A stretch of 64,000 nt of DNA from Mobula hypostoma (lineage: Eukaryota), in NCBI RefSeq assembly GCF_963921235.1, contig NC_086097.1, positions 77,812,001 to 77,876,000 on the forward strand, written 5' to 3'. Position numbers and translations under genes: made by a program. The notes beneath the pieces are model-generated. The model worked only from the letters and a program-made list of their open reading frames with translations, made no database searches and had not been told where the DNA came from. Position 1 is the first letter of the stretch; the number at the start of each line of letters is the position of its first letter. This document shows positions 13,730 to 27,198 of this stretch, piece after piece.

Positions 13730-15855
13730 TCCCAATACCATAGTGCTGTGAACCACTGGGAGAATTCTGGAACTGGGGAGGACCACTTTGAAGCAAAGTG
13801 GATACTAAAGGATCCCAAGAAATAATAGTAAAATGTTATTAAGGAAGTTTCCAGAAAACAGACTTTGGATCATTACTTTTGCAACAGCCATACAAACTGA
13901 TTTAAGAGTTTTTACTCAGAGGATTCTAAAATGTGAAGCAGATTTGCAGCAATTGCTTTATGGAGATCTTCACCCCTGCTTTGAAGGGTATGGAACTCAA
14001 GAAATGGACTGAGACAAATTTCTTGTTCACACAGGTCCTGTGAATTCTCGTTCAGTAATTCGGCACTTGATCAAACAGGATGTGAATGGGTGGCGTGAGG
14101 GTGGTGGGAAAGGTGGTTGTTCCCTCTCCACCACTATCCTCCATCTGGCAGAACTGGTCTTCACCCTGAACAATTTTCCCTTCAGCTCCTCCCTCTTTGT
14201 CCACACTCCTGCCTCTTCGTTGGCTACATAGAACAGTCCATGTACTAAGCCTACCATGGTAGTACTCCCCAACTCTTCCTCCACTACATTGACGACTGTA
14301 TTGGTGCGGTTTCATGCATGTGCTGAGCATGTCAATTTCATCAACTTTGGCTTTAACTTCCACCCTGCCCTTAAATTCACTTGGTCCATTTCTGACACCT
14401 CCCTCCATTTACTTGCTCTCTCTCTCTCTCTCCATCTCTGAAGTCAAGCTGTCAACCAACATCTTTTATAAAGCTACCAATTGCCAGGGTTACCTGGACT
14501 ATACCTCTTCCTAACCTGTCTCCTATAAAAATACTATTGACTTTTCTCAGTTCCTTCACCTCCACAACATCTGTTCTCAAGATGAAGCTTTCCTTTCCTG
14601 GACATCACAGATGTCCTCCTTCTTTAAAGAATGGGGCTTCCCTTCCTGCCCTGTTAATGTTGCCCTTGCCTGTAATCTTCTATTTCCTGAACATCCACAT
14701 TCACTCAATCTTCCCGCCGCTTTAACAGTGATAAAGTTCCCCACCTACCACCCGATGAGCCTTCGCATTCAACATATCATCCTCCACCTCACCTCACTTT
14801 CCACCGGGAACGCTCCCTCCACGATTCCCTTGTTCATTCTTCCCTCTGCACTAATTTCCCTCACAGCACTTACCCCTGCAAGTGGCCTAAGTGCTACACC
14901 TGTCCATACACCTCCTCTCTCAGCTCCGTTCAGGCCAATAGTGGTCCTTCCAGGTAACACAACACTTCACCTGTGAATCTGCTGGAGTCCGCTACTGTGT
15001 CTGGTGCTCCTGATGTGGCCTTCTCTTCATTGGTGAGATCCGTCATAAATTGGGGGATTGTTTCATCGAGCACCTCCACACCATCCACCAAAATCTGAAC
15101 TTCCCGGTGACCAAGTATTCTAATTCCCATTCCTATTCCTATACCAACATGTTGGTCCATGGCCTCCTTTTGTGCCAAGTTGAGGCCACTCTCAGGGTGG
15201 AAGAGCAACACCTCATATTCCTTCTGGGTAGCCTCCAATCTGATGGTATGAATATCAATTTCTCCTTCCTTTCCCCTCTTCTTCTATTCCCCACTCTAGC
15301 CTTTTATCTCTTCTCACCTGCCAATTGCTCGCCCAACCCCCGCCCCCCGGTCCCCTTGTCTTTCCTTTTTCCTTGGTCCACTCCTCTCCTATCAGATTCC
15401 TTTCTCTCCAGCCCTTAACCTTTCCTACCCACTTAGCTTCACCTAGCATCTTCTAGCTATCCTCCTCCCCCCACCAATCTTTTTATTCTGGCATCTTCCC
15501 CTTTCCCCTTACTTTTCAGTCCTGAGGAAGGGTCTTGGCAAAAAATGTCGATTGTTTATTCATTTCTGTAAATGCTGCTTGGCCTGCCGAGTTCCTTTAG
15601 CATTTCGGGTAGGTTGATTTGGAATTCCAGCATCTGCAGTCTTTCTCATTTTTTTGTTTTTTTGTTGCTTGTTGTACGTTAACTACATGTTGTTCTGCTG
15701 AACATGGAGGGAATACTTTGTTAGAGCCAGAATGTATGGTGACACTTACAGGCTACCCCAGCACATATTCTGTTTGTGTTGGTTGTTAATGTAAATGACA
15801 CAGTTCACTGTATGTTTCAATGTACATGTGATTAATACATAAATACAATCTAATA
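13730..15855 (+). repeat. Unclassified ~520-bp interspersed repeat, copy 1 (13730-14118 and 15650-15855), split by a Penelope insertion
   Basis: Co-linear similarity to the uninterrupted copy at 23383-23900. Confidence 0.8.
14119..15650 (+). mobile_element. Old Penelope-like element (RT C-terminus, GIY-YIG, 3' repeat with decayed hammerhead)
   Basis: LAELVFTLNNFPF, HYIDDCIG-like, LSTNIFYKATN..YLDYTS, FIGE, VEEQHLIFLLGSLQSDGMNINFS; decayed ribozyme at ~15517-15552. Confidence 0.92.
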
Positions 15856-15949
15856 TAGTCTAATCGCATCCTCTTTGACTGAATCAGATCTGAAATCTGA
15901 AGGAAAACAGGCGTGGAGATCAAAATTTTAAAAATTATTAATGTAACCC

Positions 15950-16595
15950 GACTCTGTGGTTAGGAAGGCATACGGTGCATCGGCCTTCATCAATCATGGG
16001 ATTGAGTTTAGGAACTGAGAGGTAATGTTGCAGCTATATAGGACCCTGGTCAGACCCCACTTGGAGTACTGTGCTCAATTCTGGTCGCCTCACTACAGGA
16101 AGGATGTGGAAATCATAGAAGGGTGCAGAGGAGATATACAAGGATGTTGCCTAGATTGGAGAGCATGCCTCATGAGAATAGGTTGAGTGAACTGGGCCTC
16201 TTTTCCTTGGAGCAACAGAGGATGAGAGGTGACCTGATAGAGGTGTATAAGATGATGAGACGCATTGATCGCGTGGATAGTCAGAGGCATTTTCCCGGGG
16301 CTGGAATGGCTAATACAAGAGGGCACAGTTTTAAAGTGCTTGGACGCAGATACAGAGGAGATGTCAGGGGTAAATTTTGTACGCAAAGAGTGGTGAGTGC
16401 GTGGAATGGGCTGCCGGCGATGATGGTGGAGTTGGATACAATAGGGTCTTTTAAAGACTCCTGGATAGGTACATGGAGCTTAGAAAAATAGAGGGCTCTG
16501 GGTAACCGTAGTTAACTTCTAAGATAAGGACATGTTCAGCACAGCATTGTGGGCCGATGGGCCTCTACTGTGATGTAGGTTTTCTATGTTTCTAT
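15950..16595 (+). mobile_element. CR1 3' end
   Basis: ORF 16123..16491 RYTRMLP..RLSELGLFSLE..RGDLIEVYK..TRGHSFK; CR1 tail. Confidence 0.95.
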
Positions 16596-17599
16596 ATAAC
16601 ATGTTGGTTAATGCCAGTGACCCAAACTAGAATCTCAATATTCCCTGTTTTCAAACACTATTACAGTGCAATGCTTTGCTTCCATTCATTTTCATGGATT
16701 ATGCCAAAAATAATCCTAAAATAGCATTTCCATGGATATATTTCGAAATATTTCAAATAGTCAAATCACAAATTTGAATTTAAAGGGCTGGCAAAGTATT
16801 TGTCTTCCTGGTTTGATCATTAAGGAGGTTGAAGCCAATGTCTAAAACTAACAAGAAAAGCATGTTGCAGATATTTGCACTGTGTCTCTGGAGAAGCTGT
16901 GAGATAGCCTGTACCAGGCTTGATGTTTTTTAGATGAAGTGGCTGGTCCAAATCTGGAATTGGCTTTGTTCTACGAGACATACAGTAGCAACAGTAGACT
17001 GAACAAACACTCGCTTCAGCGTAGGTTACCAAGGTCAGAATTTTCTACTGAGATCTGCAATACTTCCATGAGTTGTACTGACTTTACATTACTTTGAAAT
17101 TTAAAATTTCTTGAATCAATAAAAAACACTGAACCACCTAGCCCATTAAAATTTCTTAGATCTTTCCACAGAAGTAATTATGGAAACATCAACTTAACTA
17201 ATAGCAAGCTATTAGCTTAATAAACTGAACTAAACTACTTAGAAGCTACTCATTGAGGCGCCCAGAAGAAAGACATTTGAGGCGTTGTGGCTGGTGTCCA
17301 AGCTGGAGTTGGTTTTCCCCTCCAGTGTTTGCTTGACAGAAGACAAGATGTATTGTGTTCGACAGCAGACAGCAGCAATGTGAACTCATGGACTTGAACA
17401 CTTGGACTATATTACTTCTGTGTGGCTGCATTTTACTGCTGTCTTATATGTTCTATACTGTATTTGCCTTGTTCTGTGTTTTGCATCTTGGCCTCAGAGT
17501 AATGCTGTTTCATTTGGCTGTATCCATAGGTATTCATGTATGATTAAATGACAACTGAACTTGAACTTATTACCAAACAGTAAAAAGTATAGCGACAAA

Positions 17600-17900
17600 C
17601 TTTTAATCGTGCGTCCTGTTCATAGAGTCACACAGCATGGAAACATACTCCTTGACCCATCGTGCCTGAGACAACCATAACTACCTATCTATGCTAATCT
17701 CATTGATTATCTCTCGGCCTGTAACCTTTTACCTCATGGTGTTTCAAGAGCTCATCTAAATACTTCATTAACATCATGATAATTTCTGTCTTTGTCTCCC
17801 CCTCAGGCACTGTATTGAATATTTCAAACACTCTTTGGGTGAAAAAGATCTTCAGTCCTCATGATCTTTTACCTTTCATCTTAAAACAATATTCTTAGAT
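17600..17900 (-). mobile_element. Old CR1 3' fragment
   Basis: catagagtcacacagcatggaaac..ccttgaccca resembles the antisense CR1 tail. Confidence 0.5.
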
Positions 17901-18384
17901 TACGAATACCTCTGATAAGTTTTCCCATTTTCTGCTTTATCCGATATGTACAAGTTTGAAGGAACCCAAGTAAACTTGACTTAGGACATCTTTTTATTTG
18001 ATGCTAATCCTTAGAACATACCTTTAACAGTCCAGGAGTAAGTTCCTTTGGCTTAGCCAGTCTTAAAATATAGAAGAAACTTGTTCCTTTAATCTGATTG
18101 CTTACTGCAGAGAAAGAAATTTGTTATCCTCAACCTGTCTTTCCTTTTTAAGATGCAAGTGCCACCGATGTGATGATTCTTAACTACCCTCTGAAATCAC
18201 GTGGTAACCTTCATATTTCAGAGAGCCAAGCCCAAATTGACAGTGAATGCAAGACATGTTATGCTTATCTATATCACGTCAACACTATTTTTTATATAAA
18301 TATGTGCGAGGTGCAGAACTGCTGCCATGTCAAAATAGAAATCGATTAACATTGTCGTGTCTTTCTGTTCTAGCTTAATAAAAG

Positions 18385-19655
18385 AGTTTTCAAAGACAGG
18401 TCGTGCCTTACGAGCCTGATTGAATATTTTGAGGATGTCACTAAACACATTGATGAAGATAGATCAGTAGATGTAATGTATATGGATTTCAACAAGGCAT
18501 TTGATAAGGTATCCCATGCAAGGTTTATTGAGAAAGTAAGGAGGCATAGGATCCAAGGGGACCTTGCTTTGTGGATCCAGAATTGGCTTGCCCACAGAAG
18601 GCAAAGAGTGGTTGTAGATGGGTCATATTCTGCATGGAGGTCAGTGACCAGTGGTGTGCCTGTTCTGGGACTCCTTCTCTTTGTGATTTGTATAAATGAC
18701 CTGGATGAGGAAGTGGAGGGATGGGTTAGTAAATCTGCTGATGACACAAAGGTTGGGGGTGTTGTGTATAGTGTGGAGGGCTGTCAGAGGTTACAGCGGG
18801 ACGTCAATAGGATGCAAAACTGGGCTGAGAAGTGGCAGATGGAGTTCAACCCAGATAACTATGAGATGATTCATTTTGGTAGGTCAAATATGATGACAGA
18901 ATATAGTATTAATGGTAAGACTCTTGGCAGTGTGGAGGATCAGAGGGATCTTGGGGTCCAAGTCCATAGGACACTCAAAGTTACTGGGCAGGTTGGCTCC
19001 GTGGTTAAGAAAGCATATGGTGCATTGGCCTTCATCAACCGTGGGATTGAGTTTAAGAGCCGAGAGGTAATGTTACAGCTAAATAGTACCCCGGTCAGAC
19101 CCCACTTGGAGTATTGTGCTCAGTGCTGGTCACCTCACTACAGGAAGGATGTGAAAATATAGAAAGTGTGCAGAGGAAATTTACAAGGATGTTGCCTGGA
19201 TTGGGGAGCATGCCTTATGAGAATAGGTTGAGTGAACTTGGCTTTTTCTCCTTGGAGCGACGGAGGATGAGAGGTGACCTGATAGAGATGTATAAGATGA
19301 TGAGAGGCATTGATCACGTGGATAGTCAGAGGCTTTTTCCCAGGGCTGAAATGGCTGTCATGAGAGGGCACAGTTTTAAGGTGCTTAGAAGTAGGTACAG
19401 AGGAGATGTCGGGGTTAGTTTTTTACGCAGAGAATGGTGAATGCGTGGAATGGGTTGCCGGCGACAATGGTGGAGGCGGATACAATAGGGTCTTTAAGGA
19501 GACTCCTGGAGTTATATTTATATACATGGAGTTTAGAAAAATGGAGGGCTATGGTTAACCCGAGGTAATTTCTAAAGTAAGTACATGTTCAGCACAGCAT
19601 TGTGGGCTAAAGGGCCTGTATTATGCTGTAGTTTTTCTGTTTCTATGCTTCTAAG
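18385..19655 (+). mobile_element. 5'-truncated CR1 LINE
   Basis: ORF 18476..19162 YMDFNKAFDKV, SADDTK, RPHLEYCAQCWSP and 19114..19440; tail ttctgtttctatgcttcta. Confidence 0.96.
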
Positions 19656-20847
19656 AAATATATGTATTGTAAGTGCGGAGAATTGAAACAATGCAAAATA
19701 TCTTCTGACTGTTAATTAAGCTGCATGTGGGGAAAATGTCATTGCCTGAACAACCCATTATTTGATCATGGTTTGCTTAAATCAAATACAGGGAAGTGTC
19801 AGAGAAATTGACATGCAACACATTGACTAATATGGCAAAACTCAGCTGTAAAGACTGTCAAGGCAACTATGCTGTCTGCTTAAAAATTTAGTAACTCTTC
19901 AATTCAGGTCTTTCAAAAGCTTCGGAATCTTCATGGAAACAGTATTCATTTTTAAATAGCCAATCTGAGTGAAAAACAAAATGCTGAAACTCTATATATT
20001 GTGTCCTGGTGCTCATTTATCATAGATGTCAATAACAGACCCACGGTGTAAAAAAATATATTTTCTTAAAATTCCTTTTGCAGAAACAAAACAACTTTAC
20101 GTTTTAATAATTTCCACTTAGCAGAATTGCATCAAGGAGCCAGAAAGCCACCTTCCAAATGGACTGCATAAAAATTCAGGAGATAATGCCGGACTCTTTT
20201 AAAGGCATTTAATTCAATAGGCTGAGATTCATTTGCTTTCCACAAAATGCATTAGATTATCTGTATATGCAAAATGGAAACCAATGTAACAAGATGACAT
20301 AAACAGGAAATCAGACAGCAATGAATTTGAAATGCTTTATAAAATAGAGTCATAAAAGATTACGAGAAACAAGGAAGACATTCCACTCATTACATGAATA
20401 CCAATTATAGGTGCTGTTTTAGACTAAGCTCATTTCCCATCTTAGCCTGTAACTTCAGAATGTACGAGGTACTGCGTTAGAGGCTAATAAATATGATCAG
20501 GGTTTCTGACTCCATCAACCTTTCATGCAGCGCGATCCAACTCTTCAGGTGGAAAATATGTTTAATTATTTTAAATACTTCTAACCCTTCTGCCAAATTA
20601 TTAATGTGGAGACTGAGGCCACTGCCAAAGGAATTAAGTGCTTGCTATTCATTCTAGCAAGACCTCAATTACACACACCCTGATTAAACCTAACCTTCAC
20701 CCTTCCCTGTTCCAGAGCAGTGGTCCCCAACCACCGGGCCGCAGACCGGTACTGGACTGCAAAGTATGTGCTACCGGGCTGTGAGAAAACGATATGAGTC
20801 AGCTGCACCTTTCCTCATCCCCTGTCACGCACTGTTGAACTTGAACA

Positions 20848-21486
20848 TAGGGTTGCCAACTGTCCCATATTTGCCTGGACATCCTGTATATAGGGCTAAA
20901 TTGGTTTGTCCCATACGGGACTGCCCTTGTCCCATATTTCCCCCGCTAAGGTAGAGCGTTCCTATGAAACCTTTCGTGCCGAAATGGCGTAAAGCGAAGA
21001 AGCAATTACCATTAATTTATATGGGAAAAATTTTTCAGCGTTCCCAGATCCAAAAAATAACCTTCCGAATCATAACGAATAACACATAAAACCTAAAATT
21101 ACTCTATCATATAGTAAAAGCAGGAATGATATGATAAATGCACACCCTATATAAAGTAGAAATAATTATGTACAGCATAGTCGGGAAGATTAAGCCAAAA
21201 CCGATTTGTGGAAAAAATAATCAGCACGTACGCACATGCGCATGTCACATATGTGCATGTCACGCATACACACACAGGTGCCCACGCAAGGCTTCATGGT
21301 CATGGTAGTCTTTCTCATGGTAAACACAAGTGTCCCGTCAACACACACAAAAAATGCTGGTGAACGCAGCAGGCCAGGTAGCATCTATAAGAAGAGGTAC
21401 AGTTGACGTTTCGAGCCGGGACCCTTCGTCAGGATTTGACTGCTACTTTTGTCCCTTTTTTGGGAGTGAGGAAGTTGGCAACCCTA
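20848..21486. mobile_element. Inner hAT (Blackjack-like) MITE nested in the Charlie element
   Basis: TIRs TAGGGTTGCCAACT / AGTTGGCAACCCTA with subterminal TGTCCC/GGGAC motifs; no matching TSD. Confidence 0.7.
21339..21436 (-). mobile_element. Short Penelope 3' repeat with hammerhead core
   Basis: Minus strand: aatc CTGACGA agggtcccggctc GAAA CGTC aact ... gtgtgtgttg. Confidence 0.88.
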
Positions 21487-22407
21487 ACTGTAAAAGACAG
21501 GTTGAGGTGAGTTTAACCCTAACACCACCCCCCCCCCCATCGGCCGGTTCGCAAGAATATTGTCAATATTAAACTGGTCCGCATTGCAAAAAAGGTTGGG
21601 GACCCCTGTTCTAGAGGAAACAACTTCAATCTGTCTGATCAGTCCTCATAGCCAAACATGCCCACCTATTGTCCTGAGTCTTGGCATTCTGATTCTTCTT
21701 ATAATCTGGTACCCAGACGTAAGCAATCCAACACAACCAGTGTTTTATAGAGTGGCAATTATATTTCACTACTTTTATATTCTATGCTTCAACCAATAAA
21801 AGTCAAAAGGCCTTCTTAACTACCTTGAACACACCCTGAATGATAAAGATAAAAATCCTTGGATACAACCACTGTTAAGAGCATGTGGGTAGAATCAAGT
21901 GATTAACATACCAAGTAAACAATTGAAATATATAATACTGCTAATTTCCATTTTTTTCAAAGTTGCTAACAATCAGCTAAGCATGCATCACACAGATTTC
22001 CTAAGTTATGGTAGAGAGGCTCTTAATGAATATTTACTATGTACTTCACGGAGGAATCAGAAAAAAAATTGGTAGTATTTCTTCTCATTTTAAAATATGT
22101 AGCTTTATTTCAGCCAAGTGTATCCTGTCCGGAACAAATCGAGACATACTTGAGATTACTTTAATGCAAATTGGACTCAAACATGACTGGAAGTGCTTGC
22201 TGAGCCAAACTTTGCCATTCTTTTAAGCCACTTCCTCTCTGCACTGGCAACAACTTGTGTTTTGCCCATGAGTTGCCATCTCCTGGTTCTGGCCAGGATA
22301 TCTCCTTACATAGAAATCACTAGTGACAATTCATGAACTTCAGCCTTTTTTATATTAGTGGTAAACAAAGCAACAGTAAAGTCCAACCTTGGCCCTCTCT
22401 CAGAATA

Positions 22408-22912
22408 ATACACATAAAGTGCTGGAGGAACTCAGTAGGCCTGGCAGCCTCTATGGAAAAGAGTAGACAATCGATGCTCTGCTTTCAGGTCTAGCAAAAA
22501 AAAGAGATGAGAAGTCAGAGTAAGAAAGTGAGGGAAGGGATGGAAGAAGTACGAGGTAGTAGGTGATAGGTGAAACCAGGAGAGGGGGTGTGATGAAGTA
22601 AAGGGCTAGGAAATCAATTGGTGAAAAAGGGGGAATCTGATAGGAGAGGATATTAGGCCATGAAGAAAAGGAATGGGGAGGAGCACCAGAGGGAAGTAAT
22701 GGGCAGGTAAGGAGATAAAGTGAGAGAAGGAAGTGGGCATGGAGATGGTGAAGGGGGGGGGGCAATTACAGGAAATTCACAAAATCAAAACTAATGCCAT
22801 CAGGTTGGAGGCTACCCAGATGGAATGCAAGGCGTTGCTCCTCCAACCTGACTGTGGCCTCATCGTGGCAGCAGAGGAGGCCGTGGGATTGGCATGTCAG
22901 AATGGGAATAGG
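22408..22912 (-). mobile_element. Old Penelope 3' fragment
   Basis: EATVRLEEQRLAFHLGSLQPDG-like antisense plus polypurine 3' UTR and gctggaggaactcag end. Confidence 0.85.
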
Positions 22913-22951
22913 ATCTCTCAGAACTACTGTTTTAACATCCAGAAATTACCT

Positions 22952-23248
22952 AGGGTGCTACAGTAGTGTTGCAGTCAGCGCAAAGCTATTACAGCTCAGG
23001 CTGTCAAGAGTTTGGAGTTCAGTTCCGACACCATCTGGAAGAAGTTCATCGTCCTTCCTGTGAACGTGTGGGTTTCCTCCAGTTTCCTCCGGCTTTCTCC
23101 AACAGTCCAACAGTATTGGTTGGTAACTTAATAGGTCATTGTAAATCGCCCTGTGATTAGGCTAGGATTAAATAGGTGGGTTGCTGGGCAGCACAGCTCA
23201 TTGTGCAACAAGGGCCTATTCCATGTTGTATCTTTATATAAATAAAAA
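22952..23248 (+). mobile_element. tRNA-derived V-domain SINE (HE1-like)
   Basis: Homologous to 13205-13510; ggagttcagttcc, gggtttcctccagtttcctccggctttctccaacagtccaa, agggcctattcc..taaataaa. Confidence 0.8.
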
Positions 23249-23382
23249 TGTAATTAATTAATTAATTTAATAGAATCTTTTGCATTCAATTCTGCATATC
23301 TTTGTAAGGTTACATGTAGACAACATATCAACTATGCCAATACAGAAGACTTTACCTTGTAGAAGATTTTCAGCAGCAAATA

Positions 23383-23900
23383 ATTCCATATTCCTGTGAG
23401 ATACTGGGAGTTATCTGAAACTGGGGAGGACAGCCTTGAAGTAAAAATGGATATTAAATGACACAAAGAAATAATAGTAAAATGTCATGGAGAAGTTTCC
23501 AGAAAAGAGGCGGTGGATCATTGTTTTTGTAACTAACATACAAAATGGTTTAAGAGTTTTACTCATATGATTCTGAAATGTGAGACAATTTTACAGCAAC
23601 TGTTTTCTGGAGGTCTTCGCCTCTGCTTTGAACAGCATGGAACTCAAGGACTGGACTGAAACATCTTTTTCATCTTTTTCATTCACACTGGTCCTGTGAA
23701 CAATCCTTCATCAAGGTGGCACTTTATCAAACATGATGTGTGTGGGAAAGGGGTTTGTTTTGTTGTTGCTTGTTGTATGTTGTTCTGCTGAAAGTGGAGG
23801 GTGTGTTTCGTTAGCAACAGAATGTGTGATGACACTTGCAGGCTGCCAGAGAACTTACCCAGTTTGCGTTGGTTGTTAATGCAAATGGCACATTTCCTGA
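23383..23900 (+). repeat. Unclassified ~520-bp interspersed repeat, copy 2 (uninterrupted)
   Basis: Matches 13730-14118 joined to 15650-15830. Confidence 0.8.
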
Positions 23901-24532
23901 ATACCTAAATTTAATAAAAATCTATTTCTTAAACATATTGAGTGACTGAGCCACCACAGCCTTCCGTTGTTCACCACCCTTTGAGGGAAGAAATTTTCCC
24001 TCAGTCATCTTAGCATGACTGCTGAAACCATGATCCTAGTTTCTAGATCCTCCAGCTAAGGAAAACATCCTCCTTCCTTCCAGTAATTTCCCAATCCCCA
24101 TCTTCATTGTCTCCACTCCAGTCTTTCCCCCAATACCTGAAATCTTTGCTCCCTGTTTTTGAACAGTCTTACAAAGGAGATGTCCTTTCCATTTTCGCTA
24201 TTTAAAGCCATCAGATTATATTCATTATTTGTCTCCCCTGAACTGTCTCTATTCCAATCTAAACATTAGTTTATCCAGTCCCTACTGAAGGCTAAAATGT
24301 TCTGCTTCTGTCAACAACCTTATACATCTCCTTTTTGCCTACTTCAGTGCAATCACATTTTTCCTAATAATATGGTGAATTCTGTACAATACTGAAACAT
24401 AGTCCAGTTACCATTGTTTATAATTCCAGCATAACCTTTCAGTGTTTATATTCTATTCCCTAGCTAAGAAACAAACATTCAGTATGCATTTTTATTAACT
24501 TTACTTGATCTGCAGCCATTAAGTATCTGTAG

Positions 24533-24650
24533 GCACACACAAAATGCAGCAGGAACTCAGCAGACCAGGCAGCATCGATGAAAATGAGTACAGTCGACAT
24601 TTCAGGCCGAAAGGTTATCCAGCATCTGCACATTTTCTTTTGTTTGTGAT
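24533..24650. mobile_element. Short Penelope fold-back remnant
   Basis: Minus-strand repeat ending inside the hammerhead (gtcgacatttcaggccga), then plus-strand tail tccagcatctgcacattttcttttgtttg. Confidence 0.75.
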
Positions 24651-24934
24651 AAGTATCTATAGGCATACGTTCCAAGGCCCCTTTGTTCCTTCACAGCAGT
24701 CAGTATTTATTGGGAAGATTTTGTCTTTGAAAGCTGTTGCTAAAGTTTTTGATATGACAGCCGTCAAAAAGGTCAGCAGAGCAGTTAAGGGAAGAACCAC
24801 AGGATTAGTCACCTGAGATCTAACTATCAATTATGGATCACTCACCTTACTTGTTTTATATATATGATTGTGTTGCTAAGTTATTGATAATAGCTCTGTC
24901 ATAGGCCGAATCAGCATATAGGAGTGATATTGAA

Positions 24935-25737
24935 AATCTGGTTTGAGTGCTGCTACACATGCAACTGCTCACTCAATGTCAGCAAAACCAAAGAGCTGAT
25001 TATTGACCACAGGAGGAAGAAACTGGAGATCCATGAGCCAGTCCCCATTGGGGGAATGGAGGTGGAAAGGCTCATTTGTTTTAACTTCCTTCCGATGAAC
25101 ATATCAGAGGATCTTTCCTGGGTTCAGCAAGCAAGTGTCAACACAAAGAAGGTACAACATCGCCTCTTCTTTCCTAGAAGTCGGTGTAGATTTGGCATGT
25201 CACCATAAACCTTGACGAACTTCCATAGATACAGAGTGGAGAGTATCCTAACCAGTTGCATCATGGCTTGGTATGGAAACACCAATGCCCATAAATGGAA
25301 AAGACTAAAGTAAGTGGTGAATAGAACCCAGTCCATCACAGGCAAAGTTCTCCCCGCCATTGAATACATTTACACGGAGCACTGTCAAAAGAAAGCAATA
25401 TCTATCATCGAGCAGTAAGTACAGAAGCCTTATGTCCCACAACCATCAGGCTCTGGAATCACGCGGATAACTTCATTCACCACATCTCTGAGCAGATTTT
25501 ACAGCTGACAGACTCACTCTTAAAGGGCTCATGTTCCCAGTACTATTTATATTTGCACAGTTTTTCTTCGTTCTCACATTGGCTGTTCGACAGTCTTTGT
25601 TCATGTATTGTTTATTTTTTGCAAATTCATTTGTATTTCTTCATTTTTCCTATAAATGCCTGCAAGAAAATACATTTCAAGATGGGATATGGTAGATACA
25701 CATACTTTGATAATAAATTTACTTCGAACTTTGAACT
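24935..25737 (+). mobile_element. Rex1/Babar-type LINE 3' end
   Basis: SLNVSKTKELIID.R, ISEDLSW, ESILTSCIMAWYG; tail aaatttacttcgaactttgaact. Confidence 0.9.
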
Positions 25738-27062
25738 CCATCTTCTGGAATGGCTGCAGTGGGGAGGCCACCAGTTCACTCAAACCTGCTGGGCTGAAAA
25801 GTTCGTGCAGCCTGTGGGAGTGTTCATGAGTACGTAGAGCAGATATTGTCAACCACAATCCAGCCCAGTAGAGTTTCCTTTTCACTCCCAGGACACAGGA
25901 ACATGATTGGAAACAAACTCTCCGGAAAGCATTTAACAGTGCTGACTAATCTGTCAAAATAACTACTTTTGGCAAAGTTGTTGAGTACAACATCATATAG
26001 TAATTCAATTCTTTATGAGTATGCTTGTGGTTTTATTGCACATTATCCACAGTTTTTTCCTTGATGGAGAGTGAGATCAATGGAGTTCAGGATTGGAAAT
26101 GGGCAGGTGATTAAATTGTCAAAGGAATAGAATGATTGCTATTCTGATCGGTCCAGTGTGGGTTCATCAGCTGAAAGAATTCTTCCAACTTTTATAGCAT
26201 GACATTCGTGCATGTATATAAATATTGCACAGTTTAGATAAAACATCTGTTAGATTCTTGAACCTCTGCAGAATTTTTTTCTGTGTGAGTTAAGGATCTA
26301 AGCACAAAGAGCTTGTATAAGATCTATTAACAATAGATATGAAGTGCCAAGTGACCTTTCATTATTTCACTTCCTACATTTGTAAAGTTAAAATTCTGGA
26401 TAACATTTATGGAGCTAAATCTTTTTCTAAAGTGCTTTACTTCATATTGCATGCTTGTTAACAGCTTTGCTGGTCATAAGCTAAAAGCCACAGTTTTATC
26501 ACTGGAGGATTTAAATCTTTGCTCTGGTAAAAGGAAATCATGTAAGAACCTTATCTGGTAAAAGTAAACAGTGCAGAGATGATCTTCACTAAATATGGAG
26601 TAGTTAAAAGACTCTACATATTTCTCTTCTCTAGACTTTCACTCCCTTTGCTTGACCTCTTAAAGGTGAATGAATTCAGAGGGTCAAGTTCACTCTATTT
26701 CATCCTATTGAACAATGATGTATTACTGACATCAGCAATGCTGGAATGGTATCTCGGAATGTACCTATTCTGGAAATAAAAATTGAGTTGGATTAGGAAT
26801 AGATACAGTACTGAGCTTTTTATTCTACTTCACATCAGATTCTTTCTGAATTTCACAATACTGTTTAGAAACCTACTTTTAAAAGAATATGCAATATAAC
26901 CATTCTATATTGAAATAACAGCACTCTTCACAGCATATTTTTCAGAACAATGACAGGGGTAATCTAGTCCTCCACCCAGGGCTAATGATGGGACAAGCCC
27001 ATGGTTTCCCGTGGAAGTGTTGATTTTCATGACAGCAGTAGTTTCTTCCAATCTGTCACTGC

Positions 27063-27198
27063 ATTGCATTCTTTGTGGTGTCCAACGGGGTAACATGAAC
27101 CTCTGTAAACTTCTTGGCTGTTAGGATCACAATGGATTCTTCATGGGGTCTGATAGGGTAACACAAACTTCTGTAGGCTTCTCACCTCTCAGGATCAC
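27063..27198. repeat. Diverged 68-bp tandem duplication (27063-27130, 27131-27198)
   Basis: Gap-free alignment by eye, about 19 mismatches in 68; both units end aggatcac. Confidence 0.8.

Larger units (their letters stand above)
20718..21608. mobile_element. hAT-Charlie-type non-autonomous DNA transposon (MITE), composite
   Basis: TIRs CAGTGGTCCCCAACC / GGTTGGGGACCCCTG; 8-bp TSD TTCCAGAG (20710-20717) / TTCTAGAG (21609-21616), fitting the NTCTAGAN preference of Charlie elements. Confidence 0.92.

Noticed and set aside
16934..17033. Possible exon DEVAGPNLELALFYETYSSNSRLNKHSLQRRLP between ttttttag and gtcaga
   Set aside because: Weak donor, no recognisable homology; expected by chance in 64 kb
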